Below, in pieces: positions 34,957 to 45,296 of a stretch of 64,000 bases of DNA. Location of the stretch: contig DATAPF010000683.1 in NCBI GenBank assembly GCA_036265355.1, positions 35,457 through 99,456 of the forward strand, written 5' to 3'. Each line of letters opens with the position of its first letter. Position 1 is the stretch's first letter. The notes beneath the pieces were generated by a model. The model did no database searches, was not told where the DNA came from, and saw only the letters and a list, made by a program, of their open reading frames with translations. The DNA comes from Kofleriaceae bacterium (GTDB lineage: Bacteria > Myxococcota_A > Polyangia > Haliangiales > Haliangiaceae). The position numbers and the translations under genes were made by a program.

Positions 34957-36486
34957 GTGGAAGCGCTCGACCCGCAGGTCTGCTACCGCGCGCTGTGCAC
35001 CCGCGATGCGCGATTCGACGGCCGGCTGTTCGTCGGCGTGACGTCGACCGGGATCTACTGCCGGCCGATCTGCCCGGCGCGGCCGGCCCGGCTGGAGAAC
35101 TGCCGGTTCTTCACGTCGGCCGCCGCGGCCCAGGAGGCCGGGTTCCGGCCGTGCCTGCGCTGCCGGCCCGAGACCGCGCCGGAGCTCGCGACCTGGCGCG
35201 GCACGTCGAACACCGTGCACCGCGGGCTGGCGCTGATCGCGGCGGGCGCGCTCGACGGCGACGGCGGGGTCGATGCGCTCGCGGCGCGGCTCGGCATCGG
35301 CGAGCGCCAGCTGCGCCGGCTGTTCGACCAGCACCTCGGCGTGTCGCCGATCGCGGTCGCGCAGACCCGGCGCGTGCTGTTCGCCAAGCAGCTGATCCAC
35401 GACAGCCGGCTGCCGATGGCCGAGATCGCGTCGGCGGCGGGGTTCGGCAGCGTGCGGCGGTTCAACGAGACGTTCCAGCAGCTGTTCCGGCGGCCGCCGA
35501 GCGCGCTGCGCCGCAAGGCGGTGGTGGCGCTGCCCGAGGGCTCGGTCGCGGCGATGGGGGTGACGGTCCGGCTGCGCTACCGGCCGCCGTACGACTGGCC
35601 GGCGATGCTCGGGTTCCTGCGCGCGCGGGCGATCGACGGCGTCGAGCGGATCGACGGCGAGCGCTACGTGCGCAGCGTCGCCGAGGCCGGCGCGGTCGGC
35701 ACCGTCGAGGTCGCCCACGTCCCCGAGCGCGACAGCCTGGCGGTGACGATCCGGTTCCCGTGCGTCCGCGCGCTGCCCGCGATCATCGCGCGGGTCCGCC
35801 GGGTGTTCGACCTCGGCGCCGACGTCGCCGCGATCGCCGCGCACCTGGCCCGCGATCGGATGCTGGCGCCGCTGATCGCGCAGCGGCCCGGGCTGCGCGT
35901 GCCCGGCGGCTGGGACGGCTTCGAGCTCGCGGTGCGCGCGGTGCTCGGCCAGCAGGTGACGGTCGAGGCCGCGCGGCGGCTGGCCGGCCAGCTGGTCGCG
36001 CTGTGCGGCGCGGCGGTGCCGGCCGGCTTCGCGGGTCCGGGCGGCCTCGCCGACCCGGCGATCGCGCGGGTGTTCCCCGATCCGGCGCGGCTGGTCGCGG
36101 CGGACCTGTCGGCGCTCGGCATGCCGGCCGCGCGGCGCGCGACGATGATCGCGCTGGCCGAGGCGGCGCTCGCCGAGCCCCGGCTGTTCGAGCCGCTCGC
36201 GACGGTCGAGGACACCGTGGCGCGGCTGTGCGCGATCCGCGGGGTCGGCGAGTGGACCGCGCACTACATCGCCTTGCGCGCGGCGCGCGAGCCCGACGCG
36301 TTCCCGGCGAGCGACATCGGCCTTTTGCGCGGCGCGGCCGGGCGCGGTGGCGTGCGGCCGACGCCGGCCGAGCTCGCGGCGCGCTCCGAGCGCTGGCGGC
36401 CGTGGCGCGCCTACGCGGCTCAGCACCTGTGGACGGCCGACCCCAACCCGAGACCCCGAGCCCCGACGATGGAGACCGAGCGATGA
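34957..36486 (+). CDS. Ada-type Zn-finger / AraC-HTH regulator fused to DNA-3-methyladenine glycosylase II (AlkA)
   Basis: Ada Zn-binding N-terminus is RDARFDGRLFVGVTSTGIYCRPICPAR...GFRPCLRCRP. AraC HTH is LAARLGIGERQLRRLF...IASAAGFGSVRRFNETF. The C-terminal HhH-GPD glycosylase region is IRGVGEWTAHYIALRA. Start GTG 34957 is preferred; the listed GTG 34906 is also possible. Confidence 0.85.
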   Translation: MEALDPQVCYRALCTRDARFDGRLFVGVTSTGIYCRPICPARPARLENCRFFTSAAAAQEAGFRPCLRCRPETAPELATWRGTSNTVHRGLALIAAGALDGDGGVDALAARLGIGERQLRRLFDQHLGVSPIAVAQTRRVLFAKQLIHDSRLPMAEIASAAGFGSVRRFNETFQQLFRRPPSALRRKAVVALPEGSVAAMGVTVRLRYRPPYDWPAMLGFLRARAIDGVERIDGERYVRSVAEAGAVGTVEVAHVPERDSLAVTIRFPCVRALPAIIARVRRVFDLGADVAAIAAHLARDRMLAPLIAQRPGLRVPGGWDGFELAVRAVLGQQVTVEAARRLAGQLVALCGAAVPAGFAGPGGLADPAIARVFPDPARLVAADLSALGMPAARRATMIALAEAALAEPRLFEPLATVEDTVARLCAIRGVGEWTAHYIALRAAREPDAFPASDIGLLRGAAGRGGVRPTPAELAARSERWRPWRAYAAQHLWTADPNPRPRAPTMETER

Positions 36487-37292
36487 AGAATCCCGATCTG
36501 GCGACTGCGTTTCATGCCCTGCACCGCGGCCCCGAGCTGCTGATCCTGGCCAACGCCTGGGACGGCGGCAGCGCGCGGCTGATCGAGAGCCTCGGCGCCC
36601 GCGCGATCGCGACGACCAGCGCGGGCGTCGCGTGGGCCCACGGCTACCCCGACGGCGACGCGCTGCCGGTGCCGCTCGTGATCGCGACCGCGCACGCGAT
36701 CGCGCGGGTGATCCGCGTGCCGCTCACGATGGACATCGAGGCCGGCTACTCCGACGATCCGGAGGCGGTCGGCCGGCTCGCCGGCCAGCTGATCGAGGCC
36801 GGGGCGGTCGGTATCAACCTGGAGGACGGCAGCAAGCCGCCGGACCTGCTGTGCGCGAAGATCGCGCGGATCCGGCGGGTCGCCACCGAGCTCGGCGTCG
36901 ATCTGTTCATCAACGCGCGGATCGACGTCTACCTGCGCGGCCTGGTCGCCGAGCCCGACCGGCTCGCCGAGGCCCGCGGCCGGGCCGAGCGCTACTCGGG
37001 CGCCGGGGCGAGCGGCATCTTCGTGCCCGGGCTCGTCGAGCCGTCGGCGATCGCCGCGATCGCGGGCGCGGTCGAGCTGCCGCTCAACGCCCTGGCCTGG
37101 CCGGGCCTGCCGCCGGCGGCGGAGCTCGCGCGGCTCGGCGTCCGGCGGCTCAGCGCCGGCTCGGCGATCGCGCAGGGCGCGCTGACCCGGACCCGGGCGC
37201 TCGCGACGGCGTTCCTGCGCGACGGCCAGCGCGAGGCGGCCGACGGCGCGCTCACCCACCGCGACATGAACGCACTGCTCACCGGCCGGTAG
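36483..37292 (+). CDS. Isocitrate lyase / PEP mutase superfamily enzyme (2-methylisocitrate lyase / phosphorylmutase-like)
   Basis: MKNPDLATAFHALHRGPELLILANAWDGGSARLIESLGARAIATTSAG...PLTMDIEAGY...GAVGINLEDG are hallmark ICL/PEPM motifs. The ATG overlaps the upstream stop (ATGA at 36483-36486). Confidence 0.85.
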   Translation: MKNPDLATAFHALHRGPELLILANAWDGGSARLIESLGARAIATTSAGVAWAHGYPDGDALPVPLVIATAHAIARVIRVPLTMDIEAGYSDDPEAVGRLAGQLIEAGAVGINLEDGSKPPDLLCAKIARIRRVATELGVDLFINARIDVYLRGLVAEPDRLAEARGRAERYSGAGASGIFVPGLVEPSAIAAIAGAVELPLNALAWPGLPPAAELARLGVRRLSAGSAIAQGALTRTRALATAFLRDGQREAADGALTHRDMNALLTGR

Positions 37293-37295
37293 CCA

Positions 37296-37322
37296 GGGCC
37301 GCGTCGATCCGGGCGGCGGCCC
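37296..37322 (+). terminator. Hairpin directly after the PEP-mutase-family gene
   Basis: GGGCCGC (37296-37302) pairs with GCGGCCC (37316-37322) around a 13-nt loop. No U tract. Confidence 0.3.
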
Positions 37323-37530
37323 GATCCGCAACCGGAACACCGGTACATCTGTGGAATGTGGCCGGGGCAGATCGCCCTGTTCCCTGGTGATCGGGGAACG
37401 GGAGACATGTTCCGCGACATCGAGCACAGCGGCGACCGATCTGCGCGGCGTCCGCGAGGTGCGACTCCCACAGCCAGACGGGCGATCGACGGACGATCGG
37501 TGTCCTGTGCGATGGACGCCGCGATCCACC

Positions 37531-37552
37531 GGTGTCCAGCAAAGTGGACACC
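37531..37552 (+). promoter_or_regulatory. Perfect 8-bp stem hairpin/palindrome in the long spacer upstream of the second kinase gene
   Basis: GGTGTCCA-gcaaag-TGGACACC, read directly. Confidence 0.25.
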
Positions 37553-37849
37553 TCCGAGTTCCACCGGGCAGCGCCATGAGGACGTACTTGCTGGATCTCC
37601 GATGTGTTACACCCGAAGGGTCCCCGCCAGTGCTGGCAGGATGAGAAGCGCGGCTCACATGGATTGCAGACCACCCCGACCGTGCCGCGTGTCGTCACGT
37701 GTCATGGCCGCGGCGGTCGCAGACGGCCAAGCTCGCGAAGCGACGGCGCTGCGCCGGGCGCGCGGCGATGGTCCCGCCGTTGCTATGGGCCTAACGCGTT
37801 CGATGCGCATCCGGAAGAACGGGGAACCGGTGCGTATTGCAGACAGGTC

Positions 37850-37867
37850 GCCCGGCGCGCGCCGGGC
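37850..37867 (+). promoter_or_regulatory. 18-bp perfect palindrome just upstream of the putative RBS of the kinase gene
   Basis: GCCCGGCGCGCGCCGGGC lies at 37850-37867. The purine-rich AAGAGAAGG at 37871-37879 and TTG 37886 follow. Confidence 0.25.
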
Positions 37868-37885
37868 AGCAAGAGAAGGCCATCA

Positions 37886-39529
<1,644 letters not shown>

Positions 39530-39549
39530 CGCTCGCTGAGGGGATAAAG

Positions 39550-40587
39550 ATGAGGCAGTGGATCTCGCGGCCCGCGCGGCTCGCGCACGCACCAGCTACG
39601 CTCGCGTTTGCCCTGGGGATGCTCGCGCCGATCGCGGCGCACGGGCAGGCCAGCCCACAGGCCGAGGCGCTGTTCCGCGACGGCAAGCAGCTGATGAAGG
39701 AGGGCAAGCTCGGCGAGGCATGCGCCGCGTTCGAGGGCAGCGAGCGCGCCGAGCACAACGTCGCCACCGTGCTCAGCCTCGCCGACTGCCGCGAGAAGAA
39801 CCGCCAGTACGCGTCGGCGTGGGCGCTGTTCCTCCAGGCCGACAGCCAGACCCGCTCGGATCCGGCCAAGGCGGCGCTCAACACCACCGCCAAGCGCCGG
39901 GCCCGCGCGCTGGAGTCCCGGCTGTCCTACCTGACGATCAACGTGCCCGACGAGAGCCGGATCCCCGAGCTCGTGGTCACCCGCGACGGCGCGCCGGTCG
40001 ATCCGGCGGAGTGGAACCGCTCGATCCCGGCCGACGGCGGCAGCCACGTGATCGCCGGCAAGGCCCCCGGCCACGAGTCGTGGTCGACCACGGTGACGCT
40101 CCAGCCCGAGACCGACAAGCAGGCGGTCGAGGTGCCCAAGTTCAAGGCGCTGCCCGAGATCGTCAACAAGCCGCCGCGCGACGAGTCGGCGGCGATCCAG
40201 GGGCAGCTGGCTCTGCCGCCCGAGCCGAGCCCGTTCACCCGCAAGCGCAAGATCGGCATCGCGGTCGCGGGCGGCGGGCTCACCATCGGCGTCATCGCCG
40301 GCATCGCCATGTGGTCCAAGGCGAACAGCCTGCACGAGCAGGCGGTCGGGACCTGTCCGCCGATGGCGTGCTCGACGAAGAACGCGCAGGACGCCACCGC
40401 GACCGACAGGACCGCGCACACCTGGCTGACCCGTGCCAACATTGCCTACGGCGCTGCGGGCCTCGCGGTGCTCGCCGGCGGCGTGCTGTGGCTGGTCGGC
40501 AAGCCGGAGTCCCCGCGCGCCGGCGACGTCGTGATCGCGCCGCAGCTCGGCGAGGCGAGCGGGCTCGCCGTGATGGGGAGGTTCTGA
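39550..40587 (+). CDS. Secreted/membrane protein with a TPR-like N-domain, PEGA-like domain and C-terminal TM segments
   Basis: ATG 39550 is preceded by GAGGGG. Signal is MRQWISRPARLAHAPATLAFALGMLAPIAAHG. AEALFRDGKQLMKEGKLGEACAAFEGS is TPR-like. GSHVIAGKAPGHESWSTTVTL is PEGA-like. Hydrophobic stretches are IGIAVAGGGLTIGVIAGIAMW and AAGLAVLAGGVLWLV. Confidence 0.8.
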   Translation: MRQWISRPARLAHAPATLAFALGMLAPIAAHGQASPQAEALFRDGKQLMKEGKLGEACAAFEGSERAEHNVATVLSLADCREKNRQYASAWALFLQADSQTRSDPAKAALNTTAKRRARALESRLSYLTINVPDESRIPELVVTRDGAPVDPAEWNRSIPADGGSHVIAGKAPGHESWSTTVTLQPETDKQAVEVPKFKALPEIVNKPPRDESAAIQGQLALPPEPSPFTRKRKIGIAVAGGGLTIGVIAGIAMWSKANSLHEQAVGTCPPMACSTKNAQDATATDRTAHTWLTRANIAYGAAGLAVLAGGVLWLVGKPESPRAGDVVIAPQLGEASGLAVMGRF

Positions 40588-40588
40588 G

Positions 40589-42760
40589 ATGCGCCGCACC
40601 GGTCCCGCTCCATTCCTCGCGCTGGCCCTCGGCCTCGCCGCATGCAGCCTCCCCGAGTCCGCGTTCCAGGCCACGCCCGACGCGGGCTCCGGCCCCGGCA
40701 GCGGGATGACCGACGTGCTGGCGATCGTCGTGTCCAGCCCGGCGATCGACGTCGATGAGGGCGCGACCACCGACTTCACCGTGCAGCTCAACCACGCGCC
40801 GGGCGCGCCGCTCGAGATCGACCTGTCGGCCGCGTCGCAGAAGATCGGCCTGTCGATGCAGAAGCTGTTCTTCGACGCGAACAACTTCGCGCAGGGCCAG
40901 ACCGTCACGGTCACCGGGGTGGTCGACGACGACACCGCGACCGAGCTCGCCCAGATCGTGCTGTCCGGCGCCGGCGTCGCGGACCTGATGGTCGGCGCGA
41001 CCGTGCACGACCCCGACAAGGTGACGATCGTCGCCGACATCACCGACGGTGCCACGGTCAACGAGGGCAAGTCGAAGGACGTCCACGTCCACCTGTCGCA
41101 CCGGCCCCCCGGCGACGTCGCGGTCAGCGCGACGATGTCGAGCGGGCCGATGACCGTGTCGCCGCCCAGCCAGGTGTTCCACATGGACGACGGCTTCAGC
41201 ACCGACGTGACGTTCACGCTGAGCGCGCCGGTCGACCAGAACGTCGCCAACGAGAGCCAGACGATCACGTTCGCGATCGCCGGCGGCGATCAGCGGATCA
41301 TCCAGGTCACCGACGTCGACAAGGACAGCCTGTCGATCCAGACCTCCCCGCAGTCGATCTCGCACCTGCTCGAGGGCGACGGCGTCACGCTCAACCTGAC
41401 GCTGAGCTTGCAGCCGGCGTCCGACGTGACCGTCCAGGTCGGCACCAGGACCGGCAAGGCGCAGATCAGCGCGACGTCGGTGACGTTCAAGGCGGCGGGC
41501 ACCGACTACATGACGAACCACCCGATCACGATCACCGCGCCGCAGGACGACAACACGACGCCCGAGACCGACACCATCGTGCTGACCATGCTGAACCACC
41601 CGGAGGTCACCGCGATCAACATCCCGGTGCAGATCGACGACGACGACGTCCAGTCGATCCAGACCACCGTGATCAACTCGCTGACCGTGACCGAGGGGAT
41701 GGCCAGGTCGTTCGGCGTGACCCTCAAGTTTGCGCCGATCCCCGGCAGCCCGGTCACCGTGAACCTGTCGACCGCCGATCCCACCGTTGCCACCGCGGGG
41801 GCGCACTCGACGGGTGCCAACTTCTTGACCTTCACGGACATGAACTACAACGATCCGGCGATGCACCAGGTGGACGTGCAGGGCACCCAGGACAGCAACC
41901 TGGTGACCAACTCGACCACGGTGAAGCTGATCTCGGGCACGCTGGAGACCGACGTCGCGGTCGATGTCCTCGACGATGACACCGAGGCGTTCACGCTGAG
42001 CCAGACCACGTCGCTGACGATCCCCGAGGGCACGCCGAAGACGTTCACCGTCGCGCTGGCGTTCCAGCCGACCGCCGCGGTCCACGTGATGCTGACCAGC
42101 ACCAACAGCACCGCGGTCCCGGTGTCACCGGCGACCCTCGACTTCTCGACCACCAACTGGCAGACCCCGCAGACCGTCACGCTCAGCCCGCCGACCGACA
42201 CCAACAACGTGTCGGAGTCCGCGACGATCTCGGTGATCGCGACCGGGATCCCGACCGCCACGCTGATGGTCACCGTGATGGACGCGACCCAGATCAACAG
42301 CTACGGCTACCCGGCGCCGCCGGCGTTCGGCGGTAGCTTCGCGATGCAGCAGGGTCAGGTGATCGCCTACAAGGTCACGGTGCCGAACTCGACGCTCGAC
42401 ACGATGTCGGTCAACGTGCCGACCGCCTCGGCCGACTTCCGCATGGCGCTGTACACCGACAACGGCAACACGCCGGGCGCGCTGGTCAACGCGGCGCAGT
42501 TCCTGCGCCGGACCCTGGTCAACGGCGCCAACACCGTCGACATCGCCGACGTGCCGCTGACCGCCGGCAGCTACTGGATCGCGCTGCGGATCGGCGGTCC
42601 GACCGGGCTGAGCGCGGGGGATGCCAGCCAGACCGGGGTGAGGTGCACGCGGACATTCAATATCAACAGCCTGGATGACGCGTGGCCCGTGAATTTCGGG
42701 ACCGCGGACTGCGTAAATACCAATCTGTTCAACTTCTGGATGACAACGTACCACCAATGA
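40589..42760 (+). CDS. Lipoprotein with five tandem Calx-beta/cadherin-like repeats and a distinct C-terminal domain
   Basis: Lipobox is MRRTGPAPFLALALGLAAC. There are five units of about 100 aa, each of the form ..V.EG....F.V.L...P...V.V........(V/I)SP..L.F....W...Q.V.V....D.....E...I.......V.V.D.D. The ATG lies 1 nt after the upstream stop. Confidence 0.85.
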   Translation: MRRTGPAPFLALALGLAACSLPESAFQATPDAGSGPGSGMTDVLAIVVSSPAIDVDEGATTDFTVQLNHAPGAPLEIDLSAASQKIGLSMQKLFFDANNFAQGQTVTVTGVVDDDTATELAQIVLSGAGVADLMVGATVHDPDKVTIVADITDGATVNEGKSKDVHVHLSHRPPGDVAVSATMSSGPMTVSPPSQVFHMDDGFSTDVTFTLSAPVDQNVANESQTITFAIAGGDQRIIQVTDVDKDSLSIQTSPQSISHLLEGDGVTLNLTLSLQPASDVTVQVGTRTGKAQISATSVTFKAAGTDYMTNHPITITAPQDDNTTPETDTIVLTMLNHPEVTAINIPVQIDDDDVQSIQTTVINSLTVTEGMARSFGVTLKFAPIPGSPVTVNLSTADPTVATAGAHSTGANFLTFTDMNYNDPAMHQVDVQGTQDSNLVTNSTTVKLISGTLETDVAVDVLDDDTEAFTLSQTTSLTIPEGTPKTFTVALAFQPTAAVHVMLTSTNSTAVPVSPATLDFSTTNWQTPQTVTLSPPTDTNNVSESATISVIATGIPTATLMVTVMDATQINSYGYPAPPAFGGSFAMQQGQVIAYKVTVPNSTLDTMSVNVPTASADFRMALYTDNGNTPGALVNAAQFLRRTLVNGANTVDIADVPLTAGSYWIALRIGGPTGLSAGDASQTGVRCTRTFNINSLDDAWPVNFGTADCVNTNLFNFWMTTYHQ

Positions 42761-45294
42761 AATCCCTACCGCTGATCGCTGTCCTGTGTGCGACGTCCAC
42801 GCTCGCGCAGGCCCAGAACAACATGTGCGTGCCGCGCGCGCTCGGCGTGCCGACCCGCGACGGCCCGCCGGACTGGCTCCGGACCCGGACGTCCAAGGTC
42901 AACGGCGCGACCCTGCCACCCAACGACGCGCTCGACGATCCGCGGTGGCTCGGCGCGACCGGCCAGACGTTCGCGCTCGGCAGCGCCAAGGCGCCGCTCC
43001 AGGCGCGCGCGCTGATCAGCACCGAGGATGCGGTCGCCCCGGTGACCAAGTACGTGTACCTGTCGTTCATCGTCGACCTCGACGCCTACGACACCCCGTC
43101 GGCGTCCGAGGTCACGCCGCGCGATCTGTTCCTCGGCTTCCACCGCCCGGGGGCGCCGGCGGGCGGCGAGCGCGGCTACGTGTTCCAGTTCCACCTGACC
43201 GGGCCGGGCGGCGCGCTGTCGACCCACGGCATGGTCACGTCGGCGCCGCCGCCGTGCGACGACTACGCGACCTGCGACGAGGACGCGTCGAGCACGCCGC
43301 ACGACTACTGGCGGGTGTTCCGCGACACCGGCAACACCGCGAGCTACGACTGCAGCGGCCCCGCGGTCGGCGGCCGCGAGCTCGGCGTGCCGGCGGCACC
43401 GGGCACCTCGGCCGCGGCGGCGCCGTGGATGGTGAGCCAGGACGCGGTGCGCTACTGGAAGGTCTCGGCCGGCGATCCGTCGCCGTTCACGCAGAACCGC
43501 TGGGCGGTGCAGATCCGGCTCCCGATGGTCGCGGCCGACGCGAGCAAGACCTCGAACCTTGCCAACGGCATCGAGGAGGGCTCGACGTTCTACTACGAGG
43601 CGACCGGCCGGCTCGCGCACGGCCCGAGCACCGGCACGTTCGCGCCGATCGGCTGGTACCCGCAGACGGCGTCGCTGCGGCCCCCGGTGTGCACCCACAC
43701 CGGCTTCAACACCCTGGTCACCGCCGAGATGAGCGACAACACGGCGGACTGCCCGAACTGCCAGCTCACCAACCTCGCGAAGCTGTCCGACCTCGGGCTC
43801 GGCACGCCCGCGACGTGCGACGGCGGGATCGACATCGACATCGATCACATCGGCGTGCTCAACACCGCGGTGCCGACCGACCCCGAGACGATCGGCCCGG
43901 GCACCGGCTCGCCGCTCAACACGGCGTTCCTCGGCGCGAGCCCGACCTCGGGGACGGTGATCAACCACGTGATCGCGCTGCCGGTGAACACCGCGGCGGG
44001 CACGATCAAGCCGCACCTCCAGGCCCGGTTCCGGCTCGCCGAGTGGGGCTCCGCGCCGTGGTCGGTGCCGGGTGACCTCGGCCAGTGGGCCGACATCCGC
44101 GGCGCCGAGAGCGGGATCTGCGCCAAGCCGCCGACCGGCACCGAACTCTGCGGCGAGAGCGACATGGCTTCCGGCAAGCACGCGCTGATCACGTTCGACT
44201 GGCAGATCGGCAGCGGCCCGAGCGGCGCGAGCGAGTACTGCGAGTTCGGCCTGACCCCGCCGACCGGGACCTGCGGCTCGTGCACCCTCGGCGGCGGCGC
44301 CACCGGGACCCAGGCGACCGGCGGCCTGTGCGTGCCGTCGTTCTACCGGTTCGATCAGTGCATGCTGGTCGAGCTGAACTCGCCCAACGCCCCGGCGACG
44401 TTCGTCCACCAGAGCATCTGGAGCAACATGCGGTTCGGCACGATGTCGACGCTGGCGCACGAGGCGCTGATCGACGCCCGCAAGCTGCCGACCGCGCCGG
44501 GCCAGCTGTACCAGGACATCTACTTCGTGGCGGTGCCGCGCAACATGCCGCAGGTCCTGCCGGCGACGACGACCACCGTCTCGACCGTCCAGACCGCGGC
44601 GCTCAACCTCGCGCTCCACATCGCACAGCCCTACCTCGACGATATCAAGCGCCAGCCGCCGATCCCGGTGGTCGGCGTTCCCCGGCCCAGGCCGTTCGAG
44701 CGCGGCGGCGGCGACAACAACCCGGTCGTCCAGCAGATCCTGCGCGCCCGCGAGGTGATGCCGCCGGCCGACGTGCGCCGGGTCGACGGCCTGCTCACCG
44801 TCGCGCTCGCCCAGAGCCCCAACACCAACCCGAGCTCGACGCTGGTCCACGGCGCGGTCGGCGCGGTCGGGTCGTCGACCGCGGCCGAGCTGGTGCCGAC
44901 CCTCGACATCTATCCGTACTACCAGGTCGACGCCAGGGGCCGGCTGTACTCGCCGATGACCTCGTTCTCGCTGTTCCTCAGCCACGAGAGCACGCTGTCC
45001 GGGATCCGCTACCAGATCGACGGCGCCGACCAGGTCGGCGCGAACGTGTACCACCTGCGGATCCCGATCGGGAACGCGCGCAGGATCCAGGTCCGGGCCC
45101 AGGCGCTGGCCTCCAACGAGGTCCCGCTGCCGCGGGGCAACCCGGCGTGGCCGTGCGCCGGCGGCTGCGCCGCGTGCGGCGGTGTGAACCGGAGCTGCGG
45201 CCTGGTCGCGGCGGTGGGCAGCGGCGGGCCCGGGCTGCTCGCCTGCGTGTGGGTGGTCGGGCGGCGGCGCCGGCAGTCGAAGCGGAAGGGATAG
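42757..45294 (+). CDS. Large Cys-rich secreted protein with a MYXO-CTERM-like C-terminal sorting tail; no recognisable catalytic domain
   Basis: ATG 42757 overlaps the upstream stop (ATGA). Signal is MKSLPLIAVLCATSTLAQAQ. The tail is PCAGGCAACGGVNRSCGLVAAVGSGGPGLLACVWVVGRRRRQSKRKG (Cys/Gly motif, hydrophobic helix, Arg cluster). Confidence 0.85.
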   Translation: MKSLPLIAVLCATSTLAQAQNNMCVPRALGVPTRDGPPDWLRTRTSKVNGATLPPNDALDDPRWLGATGQTFALGSAKAPLQARALISTEDAVAPVTKYVYLSFIVDLDAYDTPSASEVTPRDLFLGFHRPGAPAGGERGYVFQFHLTGPGGALSTHGMVTSAPPPCDDYATCDEDASSTPHDYWRVFRDTGNTASYDCSGPAVGGRELGVPAAPGTSAAAAPWMVSQDAVRYWKVSAGDPSPFTQNRWAVQIRLPMVAADASKTSNLANGIEEGSTFYYEATGRLAHGPSTGTFAPIGWYPQTASLRPPVCTHTGFNTLVTAEMSDNTADCPNCQLTNLAKLSDLGLGTPATCDGGIDIDIDHIGVLNTAVPTDPETIGPGTGSPLNTAFLGASPTSGTVINHVIALPVNTAAGTIKPHLQARFRLAEWGSAPWSVPGDLGQWADIRGAESGICAKPPTGTELCGESDMASGKHALITFDWQIGSGPSGASEYCEFGLTPPTGTCGSCTLGGGATGTQATGGLCVPSFYRFDQCMLVELNSPNAPATFVHQSIWSNMRFGTMSTLAHEALIDARKLPTAPGQLYQDIYFVAVPRNMPQVLPATTTTVSTVQTAALNLALHIAQPYLDDIKRQPPIPVVGVPRPRPFERGGGDNNPVVQQILRAREVMPPADVRRVDGLLTVALAQSPNTNPSSTLVHGAVGAVGSSTAAELVPTLDIYPYYQVDARGRLYSPMTSFSLFLSHESTLSGIRYQIDGADQVGANVYHLRIPIGNARRIQVRAQALASNEVPLPRGNPAWPCAGGCAACGGVNRSCGLVAAVGSGGPGLLACVWVVGRRRRQSKRKG

Positions 45295-45296
45295 CG

